From positions 1 through 28,500 of the IMG/VR virus record IMGVR_UViG_3300042229_000079: 28,500 nucleotides of DNA. One strand, written 5' to 3'. The notes under the pieces are model-generated. The model did not search any database, was not told the DNA's origin, and saw nothing but the letters and a program-made list of their open reading frames with translations. Made by a program: the position numbers and the translations under genes. The stretch is from a virus (Duplodnaviria; Caudoviricetes). Below, piece by piece: positions 8,682 through 16,489 of this stretch (the first letter of the stretch is position 1; each line of letters begins with the position of its first letter).

Positions 8682-9194
8682 TCAGGCGGCGTTGCCGGAT
8701 TTGGCGGCAAGGAAGTCCTTTTCCGAGACGCCCAGCGAGGCAGCGGTTTCGCGCTCGACCTCGCTCAATTCGGAAGTGTCTGTGTCCGGACGGCCATGAA
8801 TGCCGCTCTTGCTGGTGACTTCAGGTGATTTGCCGAGTGCCGTCAGCACCTTTTCAAGCGAGGCCTCGTCCGAGCAGAGCGCGATGTAATGCCCCTTGGT
8901 GGCGGGCGTAATCTTGCCGGCCGTGACCGCAGCGGCAATCTCGCTCTCCACGCGCTTCTTGAACTCGGCTTCGCCGGCTTCCTTCAGCTTGCTCTCCGCC
9001 GTCTCGGCGCGCGCCAGGACGCTGTCATAATCAGCGCGTGGCATGAAATCATCGACCGAGGGTGTCTTTGCCTTCGCCTTGGCGGAGGCAAGCTCGGTCT
9101 GGTGGTCCCGGTCGCGTTTCTGGATGGCGGCGAGGATTTCTTCCTCGGTCGCATCGTCCTTGAGGCCAAGCGCCTTGGCGATCGCGTTGAGCAT
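8682..9194 (-). CDS. Nested in-frame scaffold protein (Mu gpZ-like, 170 aa)
   Basis: Internal SD AAAGGA 7 nt before the ATG at 9194 (MLNAIAKALGL); same arrangement as Mu I/Z. Confidence 0.7.
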   Translation of the reverse strand: MLNAIAKALGLKDDATEEEILAAIQKRDRDHQTELASAKAKAKTPSVDDFMPRADYDSVLARAETAESKLKEAGEAEFKKRVESEIAAAVTAGKITPATKGHYIALCSDEASLEKVLTALGKSPEVTSKSGIHGRPDTDTSELSEVERETAASLGVSEKDFLAAKSGNAA

Positions 9195-9746
9195 GTCGTT
9201 GTCCTTTGCGGTTGAAGATGCGCTTGCGAGCGCGGTCATCTGGAAGGCCGGGCGGTTGACAAGCGCTGCTGCGGCAAGTCCGGTGACCTCGCCCGTCTTC
9301 TTGTCGGCATAGAATTCGGGCGAGATGAAACGCCACTCGCGGTTGGCGATCGCCTCGGCGGCGGTCACGGTCCACTCGACGACCGCCCAGACCTCGCCGT
9401 CCCGGATTTCCAGCCTCTGGATCCATCCTGCCGCCTTGGACTGGCCGCCATCGTCAACATCGAAGGCCGACAGGTGGTCGTAATCGACCAGAATAGGCAG
9501 CGCGCCGGCATTGACCTTCTCGACGAAGGCCTCGGGATCAGAGAGTTTGAAATTGCGGCCGTCGACGGTTGCAAGCTCCGGACCTTTGGGAAAGATCTGG
9601 AATGCGATGGGAGCCTGGCCGTCTTGTGCGCGCGCCAGCTGTGCCGGTGCGGACAGAAATGCGGTGCCGGCGCGAGCACGATCGGTGCCGGCAAGATGGC
9701 GGCCAGTAGTCCGGCCAGAAATTCGGGTTGCGGTCTCAATGTTCAT
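8682..9746 (-). CDS. Prohead protease I with C-terminal scaffold (Mu gpI/gp32-like)
   Basis: 'DGR...LVDYDH...AAGWI...VEWT...EWRFISPEF...AALVNRPA' motifs. Confidence 0.93.
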   Translation of the reverse strand: MNIETATRISGRTTGRHLAGTDRARAGTAFLSAPAQLARAQDGQAPIAFQIFPKGPELATVDGRNFKLSDPEAFVEKVNAGALPILVDYDHLSAFDVDDGGQSKAAGWIQRLEIRDGEVWAVVEWTVTAAEAIANREWRFISPEFYADKKTGEVTGLAAAALVNRPAFQMTALASASSTAKDNDMLNAIAKALGLKDDATEEEILAAIQKRDRDHQTELASAKAKAKTPSVDDFMPRADYDSVLARAETAESKLKEAGEAEFKKRVESEIAAAVTAGKITPATKGHYIALCSDEASLEKVLTALGKSPEVTSKSGIHGRPDTDTSELSEVERETAASLGVSEKDFLAAKSGNAA

Positions 9747-9752
9747 GAGGCA

Positions 9753-9799
9753 GTAATGGATTGCGTCAATCCGCTTCGCGGTGGTGACATCGCGTCACC
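9753..9799 (-). promoter_or_regulatory. Late promoter upstream of the protease gene (PI-like) with activator dyad
   Basis: Dyad GGTGAC-atcgc-GTCACC within 9779-9799, 18/21 identical to the element upstream of the lysozyme gene; -10-like CATTAC 24 nt downstream. Confidence 0.65.
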
Positions 9800-9965
9800 C
9801 CCGCAGCCCGCCCGAAATCGGGGACTGGCGCCGCTCCCCCTCAAACAGGATCAAAATCAAAGCGCCTTCAAAGGCCGTCAGCGCCCGTTTGGGGCCTGCC
9901 CGGTATGAGCGGGCGTTTGGAAGGCTGATCGCGTTGTACGGGCGAATTCTTCGCAGCTGCCTGAA

Positions 9966-9994
9966 TTGAACAATGCGCCGGGGTGATGTATAAG
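9966..9994 (+). promoter_or_regulatory. Sigma70-like promoter, antisense to the late operon
   Basis: TTGAAC (9966-9971)-N17-TATAAG (9989-9994); predicted start about 10001-10002. Confidence 0.65.
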
Positions 9995-10001
9995 CTGAGG
10001 C

Positions 10002-10075
10002 AGGCCAGAGCCAATGAGTTCACCCGGAACGCTTCATGCGGATCTGCGGAGGGTTGACGACCTCCCTGGCCTACT
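10002..10075 (+). ncRNA. tRNA-like structured RNA (non-canonical)
   Basis: 7-bp closing stem AGGCCAG/CTGGCCT; 5-bp GGAGG/CCTCC hairpin stacked on the 3' strand like a T-arm; central hairpin with a TTCAT loop; 71 nt; begins at the predicted start of the upstream promoter. Confidence 0.55.
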
Positions 10076-11246
10076 TCCTCTTCACGATGCGATTGATATC
10101 TTCGGTGGACTTCCTGTGAAAGCTGGTCAGGTAGACCTCGCCCGGCAGGACCTTGATCGCGGCGCGCCATCCGGTGCCATCGGAAAATCCGTAAACCACC
10201 GCGCCCTTTGAACTTGGCTTTACGAGTGCAGGGAATGCCAGGATCTCGATGGCGGCCGCGAAGTCGCGTGGCTCCAGCTTCCGCCTCTTGTCGTCGTCAA
10301 TGATATGCCTGGCGCTGTCAGCCGAGAGCAGGACGTGACGCGCGCTGGTGGGTCGGGCTTGCCGGAGCATATCGGTTAGCGGCGCCACCGGCAGGAGTGC
10401 TTTGCTCTTGCCGCGATTTGCCATCACATCCCGGAAGGTTCGGGAACCGACTATGTCGGCGATTGCGGTCCGCCTGCCGTCGGGTGACAACCGCTCCAGC
10501 TGGTCTCCAAGAAATTCGGCCGCGCGAAGCTGGCGGTTGCGGCCAGGGTTTTGCGCCCAGCCCGGATCGATACCGGCAGGCACGTCGATGCGTCGGCCGT
10601 TCCGATTGTCGAACCAGGAGCGGGTTTCAACCTCGGGCGCGGCGGCGTCCGCCGAATAGCCGTCGCGCTCGGCCTGTCGCCTGGTCATCTGCCGCACACC
10701 GCATTTGCAGCCCCAGCCATTGGGCGGGTAGTGGGTGTGCCACCAGGGATCATCGACCGGCAGGATGGTCCCGACCCAGCTCCGGTGCTCGGGGCGCAGG
10801 CGCTCGCTGGATGACAACGTGTAGCGCAGGAACGGCAGGAATGCCTTGGTGCGTTGGGTTCGTTCCCATTCGCCGGCGGCGCGGGCTGTTGCCACATTGG
10901 CCCAGTGGATTGTGCGAAGCCGTCTCGGGCTCCCAAGCTGGACCAGCTTTTCAAGGCCGTCTTTCGGATCGACGGCACGCTTGCGACCCCACCAACCCTT
11001 TTCTTCCAGGATCGGCTGGAGACCCGCGCGAAACTCTTCAAAGCTTTGCTGTTTGCGGATCGCCTCGGCGGTGGCGGAGCGGATGTCGTCAAGCACCTCG
11101 TAGCCCGTGGTCTTGGCAACGGTATAGGTGTGCGCATGCTCCTCGGAGGTGATATCGCGCCAGTCGAAGGTTGGACGTTGGCCTTTGCTATCGAAATAGC
11201 GGGTGACCTCTTCCGGCGCTTCCGTAAACAGCGGGCCGTCAGCCAT
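10071..11246 (-). CDS. MuF (gp30) head morphogenesis protein with C-terminal putative BECR/PBECR-type nuclease domain
   Basis: MuF motifs 'LEEKGWWG', 'GSPRRLRTIHWAN', 'RPEH...DDPWW...HYPPNGWGCKC', 'GIDPGWAQNPG'; about 110-aa tail ending 'WRAAIKVLPGEVYLTSFHRK'. Confidence 0.88.
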   Translation of the reverse strand: MADGPLFTEAPEEVTRYFDSKGQRPTFDWRDITSEEHAHTYTVAKTTGYEVLDDIRSATAEAIRKQQSFEEFRAGLQPILEEKGWWGRKRAVDPKDGLEKLVQLGSPRRLRTIHWANVATARAAGEWERTQRTKAFLPFLRYTLSSSERLRPEHRSWVGTILPVDDPWWHTHYPPNGWGCKCGVRQMTRRQAERDGYSADAAAPEVETRSWFDNRNGRRIDVPAGIDPGWAQNPGRNRQLRAAEFLGDQLERLSPDGRRTAIADIVGSRTFRDVMANRGKSKALLPVAPLTDMLRQARPTSARHVLLSADSARHIIDDDKRRKLEPRDFAAAIEILAFPALVKPSSKGAVVYGFSDGTGWRAAIKVLPGEVYLTSFHRKSTEDINRIVKRK

Positions 11247-12795
11247 TGCCGCCGCCCAGATCCCCATCGCCTCTGGCCTTCATCGCCTGGATGGCCATCG
11301 TCCTGGCAAGGTTCGCCGTGTCTGGGTTGAGCTTGTTGAGCCGTTGGATAAAGTCCTCATAGCCTGACGAGGCAAAGGCGATCTCGGATACCTGGTCAAA
11401 GAGCGGTTGCATGTCGGCCTGCCAGTGGCTCAAGCCGTCTTCCACAAGCATATCGATTTCATCCGATTGCGCGCCTGCCAGGTGAACCTCGCCACAATGC
11501 AGGCAGGCCTTTCTCGCAGACGCCTGTTCAGGTGCGGCCGGCTGACCCGGTTCCTTGTTTGCCGGTAGGGTCCGGGGCGGGAAAAGTACGTCCTCATCAT
11601 CTGCGGGGGCGGCAAAGCCCACCTTCTTGCGCACGTCCGCCATCGAGACCCTGAGACCCATCGGAACCAGCTTTTCGAGCGCCTCCGACATGGTCTTGAT
11701 GTCTTCGGGATCCTCGACCGGAAACGAGACCACCGGCGCTTCCACGTCCGGCCCGTAATTAAACGCCACATAAGTGGCGATCAGATCGCGGTTGATCGTG
11801 GCTCCCAGCTGCCGTGCGTCGGATTTCTTGATGTCGATCTTGACGTCTTCATGGACGCTTGCCTGGGCAAGGCTCGATCCGTCGTCAGTCGTCATAGTCT
11901 GGCCGAGAACAGCCTTTGAGACCTGCTTGTCGAGATAATCCGCCATCGCGCCAAAGACGGCATTACCCTGACCGCCCTTGGCTTCGATGAATTCGACCTC
12001 CATGCCTTTCGGAATGATTGCGGCGGCATCGGAGCCGAGATCCCGGACGGCGCGAAGCAAGGTTCGCTTTTCCTCAGGCCCGGCCTGATCATCATATTTG
12101 CCGACCCTGAGCGGCATGCCGAAGACTTCGAGAAAAGCCGCCCAGTCCTGAAGCGTGAAGCTCTTGAGCATGAAGGCCCAGCTGACCAGGCGCGCCAGGC
12201 CATTGCGAAGCTTGAGCCCGGTCTTGAGACGCGGCGCGTGCACGATCATCGAATAGGGCGGGATTTCCTTGCCGTCCGGATATGCCTCGTCCTTGATCCG
12301 GAGTTCGGAGAGGGTCTCGCGGTCAAATGTGAAAAAATGCGGATCCCGGTGCAGGTATCTGGACGGCTTCCACTCATCCGCGCCAAGCTCCCAAATGATC
12401 TCGGTGCAGGAATATCCCTTGGCAATGCCGTCGAGCGCGTCGTCAATCATCTCGCTGAAGGCCGGCCGCGACACGAGAAGCTCGATCGCCTCGACCATCT
12501 TGTCGTCGTTACCCGTGACAATCGGCTCGATCAGCGAGACGGCGCGTTTGCGCTGGCCGAGAACAGACGCGTAGTGCGGGTCACGTTCCTCCATCTCTTC
12601 GGCAAGGGTGAGCATCTGGTCATTGTTGCCTTCATTGGCTTCCTTGATCAGCTTACCCAGGCTCGACGGATCGAGACCCTTGGCGATGCCCTCGCGCCGA
12701 ATCGAACGGACCCCGGTCACCGTCGGCGCAGCGTGCTCCCGGATCAGTGTTTCTTTCTTGATCGGCAGGCCATCCGGCCCGAGCAAACCAGCCAT
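11239..12795 (-). CDS. Portal protein (Mu gp29, DUF935)
   Basis: 'EEMEERDPHYASVLGQRK', 'FLEVFGMPLRVGKY', 'SKAVLGQTMT' motifs; TAATG overlap with the terminase stop. Confidence 0.95.
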   Translation of the reverse strand: MAGLLGPDGLPIKKETLIREHAAPTVTGVRSIRREGIAKGLDPSSLGKLIKEANEGNNDQMLTLAEEMEERDPHYASVLGQRKRAVSLIEPIVTGNDDKMVEAIELLVSRPAFSEMIDDALDGIAKGYSCTEIIWELGADEWKPSRYLHRDPHFFTFDRETLSELRIKDEAYPDGKEIPPYSMIVHAPRLKTGLKLRNGLARLVSWAFMLKSFTLQDWAAFLEVFGMPLRVGKYDDQAGPEEKRTLLRAVRDLGSDAAAIIPKGMEVEFIEAKGGQGNAVFGAMADYLDKQVSKAVLGQTMTTDDGSSLAQASVHEDVKIDIKKSDARQLGATINRDLIATYVAFNYGPDVEAPVVSFPVEDPEDIKTMSEALEKLVPMGLRVSMADVRKKVGFAAPADDEDVLFPPRTLPANKEPGQPAAPEQASARKACLHCGEVHLAGAQSDEIDMLVEDGLSHWQADMQPLFDQVSEIAFASSGYEDFIQRLNKLNPDTANLARTMAIQAMKARGDGDLGGGNG

Positions 12796-14435
12796 TACCA
12801 AAGCCCTCCATGCCTGCGGAAATTGTCATCGTCTTCAAAGCCCCGACTGCCGGGTTCGCGCTCCAGTTCGCGCGATGACATGTAGCCATCGTGGACCGGA
12901 GTATCTTGCCTCGATGCATACCAGGCCAGGGCGCTGGCGATTGCCGTGTCACCGTGGCGGCCGAGACCGTTTGCGCCCTTGTAAGTAAAACCGTCCGGAA
13001 CCTTGATGTAGCCACCCACGAATTGCAGCGCCTGATGATCGCGCAGAATGTCTTCGTCCCTGGCAAGGACGATTGAGCCGTCGCCAAAGGCGGCGATGAA
13101 GGGCGGCATTTCGAGCCGGTACCATTCCTGCGAAAACTTCACCTCGAAGATCTTGGAGCCGTATCTCTGCGCGGCAACTTCAGCCAGATAGGCACCATTG
13201 CCGCCAGCATCCAGCGCGCCGGCCTGAAGCCTGGGCAGCCGGTCCACAACGTAAAACAGGATATCGCGTTGTTGCTCGAACGGAATGTTGTGGAGTTCGA
13301 CGACAAGGACGCATCTCCGGACAAGATCTCGCCCGACAGCAAACACCATGATGGCGGTGGCATCGCCGGATCTGGCGAAGTCCTCACCGAACACATGCCG
13401 CAAGGACGGATCCAGCTTCTCAAGAACCGGCCGCAGGTGCTTTTCGCACCAGTCGCGGATATCAGCCTTTCTGATGTCCTGATTGGCGTTCTTGAAGGTG
13501 TCGGGTTTGTCGAGCCGCAACACCGGGATGCCCGCTTGCATGATGTTTTCGATCTGGACGCGGGTCAGCGCCGCCCCTTCGGCATCCGAAGGGATAGCAT
13601 CGAGCTCCTGCTGCATCTGCGCAGTGCGCGGGCCATAGGATGCCCGGATCTTGCCTTCCCATTCAGTCTCGGCTTCCTGCGACCAGACCTTGCCCTTGAT
13701 CAGGCAAACCCGTTTGTAGAGCCCGTTTTTGACAGCATCGCCGAACGGAATGAAGTGAACCGAGAAGGGGTTCTTGCCCGCCCGCGCTTCGCGGATCAAC
13801 TCGTTGAATGCGCTCAGGACCCCGTTGTGGGTGGATATCACCCGGATCTTGCCACCCCAGATCAGAAGCGCGTTGACCGCATCAAGCACCCCGCGCACAT
13901 CCTTGTGGTAGGCCGCCTCGTCGATGACCACGATCCCCTGAAGGCCGCGGATATTTTCAGGCCGCGATGACAGAGCCTCGATACGGAAGCCGCTGCCGAA
14001 GCGAACCCGAAACGCCGAGATCATCTGCGAAGAACCGTCCGCCTTGACGTCTTCGAAGATAAACTCCTCGATCGCGAGCAGCTCTTTGGCGACGATCCTG
14101 GCGAAGTGGGCAACATAACCGATGAACTCGCGGCCCTTGTCCTTGGTGTCGCCGATATAGAAGATGTTATCGCCACCCGCTGCGCGGCTTGAAGCCGCGA
14201 TCAAGGTATCGTCAAGCGCTTCGGCAAAGGTGATCCCGGTCCGGCGGCCCTTTTCGGCCAGCTTGAGATCGCTCTTGTCGGCCAACCAATCGGCCTGATG
14301 CTTCATCAGGATGCCTTCGGTCAAAGGGTCAAGCGTTTCGGGGATCTCCGAGCCGCGTGTGAACTCGTCGGACAAGTGATCGGGCTCTCGCGAAATCGCG
14401 GTTTGTGTTGCCCCTGCTGTTTGCTCGATGTTCAT
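12795..14435 (-). CDS. Terminase large subunit (Mu gp28-like)
   Basis: Walker A 'EKGRRTGIT', Walker B 'VVIDEAA', 'ISTHNG', nuclease motifs 'GEDFARSGD' and 'RHGDTAIA'. Confidence 0.95.
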   Translation of the reverse strand: MNIEQTAGATQTAISREPDHLSDEFTRGSEIPETLDPLTEGILMKHQADWLADKSDLKLAEKGRRTGITFAEALDDTLIAASSRAAGGDNIFYIGDTKDKGREFIGYVAHFARIVAKELLAIEEFIFEDVKADGSSQMISAFRVRFGSGFRIEALSSRPENIRGLQGIVVIDEAAYHKDVRGVLDAVNALLIWGGKIRVISTHNGVLSAFNELIREARAGKNPFSVHFIPFGDAVKNGLYKRVCLIKGKVWSQEAETEWEGKIRASYGPRTAQMQQELDAIPSDAEGAALTRVQIENIMQAGIPVLRLDKPDTFKNANQDIRKADIRDWCEKHLRPVLEKLDPSLRHVFGEDFARSGDATAIMVFAVGRDLVRRCVLVVELHNIPFEQQRDILFYVVDRLPRLQAGALDAGGNGAYLAEVAAQRYGSKIFEVKFSQEWYRLEMPPFIAAFGDGSIVLARDEDILRDHQALQFVGGYIKVPDGFTYKGANGLGRHGDTAIASALAWYASRQDTPVHDGYMSSRELEREPGSRGFEDDDNFRRHGGLW

Positions 14436-15013
14436 CCCCGAACACCCAACACATCGCGACGGATCTGGGTCACCTGATCGGCGGATAGCCCTGCCTGTTT
14501 GACCATTGCCGTGGTGACCTCGTCGACCTTGCTTTCCATCTCTTTTTCAAGTTTCAGGATGCGGTCTGTCGAAACCCGCTGCGCCTGGGCAAAAGAACGC
14601 GCCGCCATGGCCAGTTCCTTGGCATCCTTTGGCGTATACCCGGCTTCGCCCGCATCTTGCAGCAGTTCAAACACCAGCACCTTGCCAAGCTCGGTAACCA
14701 TCATGGTGAGTTCGTCGGAAGATGCAGGGTCCAGCCGTGAACCGAGCGCCTTGACGATACGGTGCGTGTTTTCCATGCGGCGTGTAGTTAGGGCCAGCTG
14801 GGTCGAGTAGCGGCTGAAAGCTCCAACCGATATGGGCGCAAGACCTCGGTCGGCGATCCGTGCGTTGAACTCGGCGAGGATATCCTTCTGAAGGCGATCG
14901 CGTTTTCTGAGCTCTTCCCCCGCCCAGACGATGTCGGGTTGAGCCTCGTCGGGCAGCAGGTCGATCGATGAGAGCCGGCCACGGCCTTTCGCCCGATCCT
15001 TTGCCATCCTCAT
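14432..15013 (-). CDS. Terminase small subunit (Mu gp27, DUF3486)
   Basis: 'GRGRLSSIDLLP...ISVGAFSRY' motifs; directly upstream of the large subunit. Confidence 0.88.
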   Translation of the reverse strand: MRMAKDRAKGRGRLSSIDLLPDEAQPDIVWAGEELRKRDRLQKDILAEFNARIADRGLAPISVGAFSRYSTQLALTTRRMENTHRIVKALGSRLDPASSDELTMMVTELGKVLVFELLQDAGEAGYTPKDAKELAMAARSFAQAQRVSTDRILKLEKEMESKVDEVTTAMVKQAGLSADQVTQIRRDVLGVRG

Positions 15014-15324
15014 GCGCTCCTTGAGGGGCTCGGCCGCTTGACGCCTTCAAGCACTCGCCGGCGCTCGACGTGATCGAGACCCGGCTCGATCAACTCGGCA
15101 ATTACGGCTGTTCCGGCTTCAGTCAGCTTCACCGCGCCGGCGCTGTGCTGAAGCCAGCGTAACTGGTTGCGCACATACTCGCGGCCGCGCTTGATGGCGA
15201 AGGCTTCCAGCATCGTGGTCAACATGCTGTCGGACAACCGGTAATCAGTCTCGCCTGCCAGCGCCTTGAGGATCACCAGCCGTGCCTCGGTATCGTAGTG
15301 TTCGGCATAGCCCTCAAACATCAT
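15010..15324 (-). CDS. Mu gp26-like winged-helix protein
   Basis: 'RLVILKAL...VRNQLRWL...GLDHVE...GVKRPSP' motifs. Confidence 0.8.
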   Translation of the reverse strand: MMFEGYAEHYDTEARLVILKALAGETDYRLSDSMLTTMLEAFAIKRGREYVRNQLRWLQHSAGAVKLTEAGTAVIAELIEPGLDHVERRRVLEGVKRPSPSRSA

Positions 15325-15737
15325 TTGCCCTTTCCTGAGAGTGAAATCAGAAAGCTTTCGATCCGGGAAACAGCCGCACCGGTCGCAATGGTCGTTCCGT
15401 TCAATGCAATCATCCGCTCGTCCATGCGGGCAAAAGCCGTCTCCAGTTGGTGCATGTCCTGTCTTGTCGGGCGTGATGCGAGATCGTGTTCGACCTCCCT
15501 GATGCGCTCGTCAAATTTGCCCAGACGCGCATTGATTGAACGAAGCTCTTTCATCACCTCACCGTTCGCTTCAGGTTCTATCTCACCAGGTATTAGGTCC
15601 TTATCTCCCTGCTGAGCACCGAACCCCATCCAGCCTTTGACCCGCGCCAGCGCCGCGCCTGCAGCCAGAATGACTACGCCCAGCGCCGCTCCCAAAGGCC
15701 CTGCCTGTTCAATGAGCCTGTTTTGCCACTCGTCCAT
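15321..15737 (-). CDS. DUF2730-like membrane/coiled-coil protein (Mu gp25-like)
   Basis: N-terminal TM segment; 'VEHDLASRPTRQDMHQLE' motif. Confidence 0.72.
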   Translation of the reverse strand: MDEWQNRLIEQAGPLGAALGVVILAAGAALARVKGWMGFGAQQGDKDLIPGEIEPEANGEVMKELRSINARLGKFDERIREVEHDLASRPTRQDMHQLETAFARMDERMIALNGTTIATGAAVSRIESFLISLSGKGK

Positions 15738-15950
15738 TCACCACTTCCGTTCAAATTTCTGCTGACACTCAATGCAGCGAACCGCGAAGGGCGCGGCGCT
15801 GCGGCGTTCGGGCGGAATATCGGACCCGCAATCCTTGCAATCGTTCCGGCCATGTCCGGCCACCAGCCTGGTGGCGTTATCAAGTTTCAGGTCGCGCTCC
15901 CGCGCGACCCTCATCTCGGCCTGCTCGATCATGAAATCGCTTCCACTCAC
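15738..15950 (-). CDS. TraR/DksA C4 zinc-finger protein
   Basis: 'CKDCGSDIPPERRSAAPFAVRCIECQ' motif. Confidence 0.9.
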   Translation of the reverse strand: MSGSDFMIEQAEMRVARERDLKLDNATRLVAGHGRNDCKDCGSDIPPERRSAAPFAVRCIECQQKFERKW

Positions 15951-16489
15951 GACTTGCCCCGATTGAGGACGGCATCAATGACGTTTCGACCGAGATCCTT
16001 GACCGTATGGCCACCCATGTAGAGCGCCATGAACCACGAGGTGAGTGTCATCAGCGTGGCCAGATCGACCATTTCGATCATCAGACCGCCGCCTGACCCG
16101 AGCCGTTGGTTGACGATAGGAGCGATGATGATCCGCCAGATCCAGAAGACGGCCAGCAGATACATCCAGCCGTAGCGCCAGAAGGATTGCCAGAAACCTT
16201 CCCTGGTTTCGGCCTGGAGAAGTGCAAACTGACCCTCAAGACCGGATGCATAGAGCGCGATCAGTTCCGGCATCTCCGCCTCGGCCTGGCTGACAGCATC
16301 CGCAATTTCTGCTGGTTTGAGTTCCGGCAACTCGGCCGGCTCAACGCCCGCTTTCTCCGCGACTGTCTTGATGACGGTTTCGACCAACGCTCCGCCGGCT
16401 GCCCCGATCCTGGGTTCGAGCAGCTTCTTGATCAGCGGCAACCCGAGATCGGTGGCGACGCCGAGAATGATGCCTGCCAGCGCGCTCAT
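15947..16489 (-). CDS. Holin (3TM / GTA-type holin-like)
   Basis: Follows the endolysin; C-terminal TM segments, 'WQSFWRYGWMY' and 'LYMGGHTVK' motifs. Confidence 0.7.
   Translation of the reverse strand: MSALAGIILGVATDLGLPLIKKLLEPRIGAAGGALVETVIKTVAEKAGVEPAELPELKPAEIADAVSQAEAEMPELIALYASGLEGQFALLQAETREGFWQSFWRYGWMYLLAVFWIWRIIIAPIVNQRLGSGGGLMIEMVDLATLMTLTSWFMALYMGGHTVKDLGRNVIDAVLNRGKS

Noticed and set aside
10002-10075. Canonical tRNA gene (Met-CAU or UCA suppressor)
   Set aside because: No TTCRA T-loop, no D-loop GG, irregular anticodon stem and no CCA; kept only as a tRNA-like ncRNA.
9868-10170. 100-aa minus-strand ORF as a MuF immunity gene
   Set aside because: Overlaps MuF by 100 nt out of frame, has no clear SD, is not protein-like and runs across the structured element and promoter.
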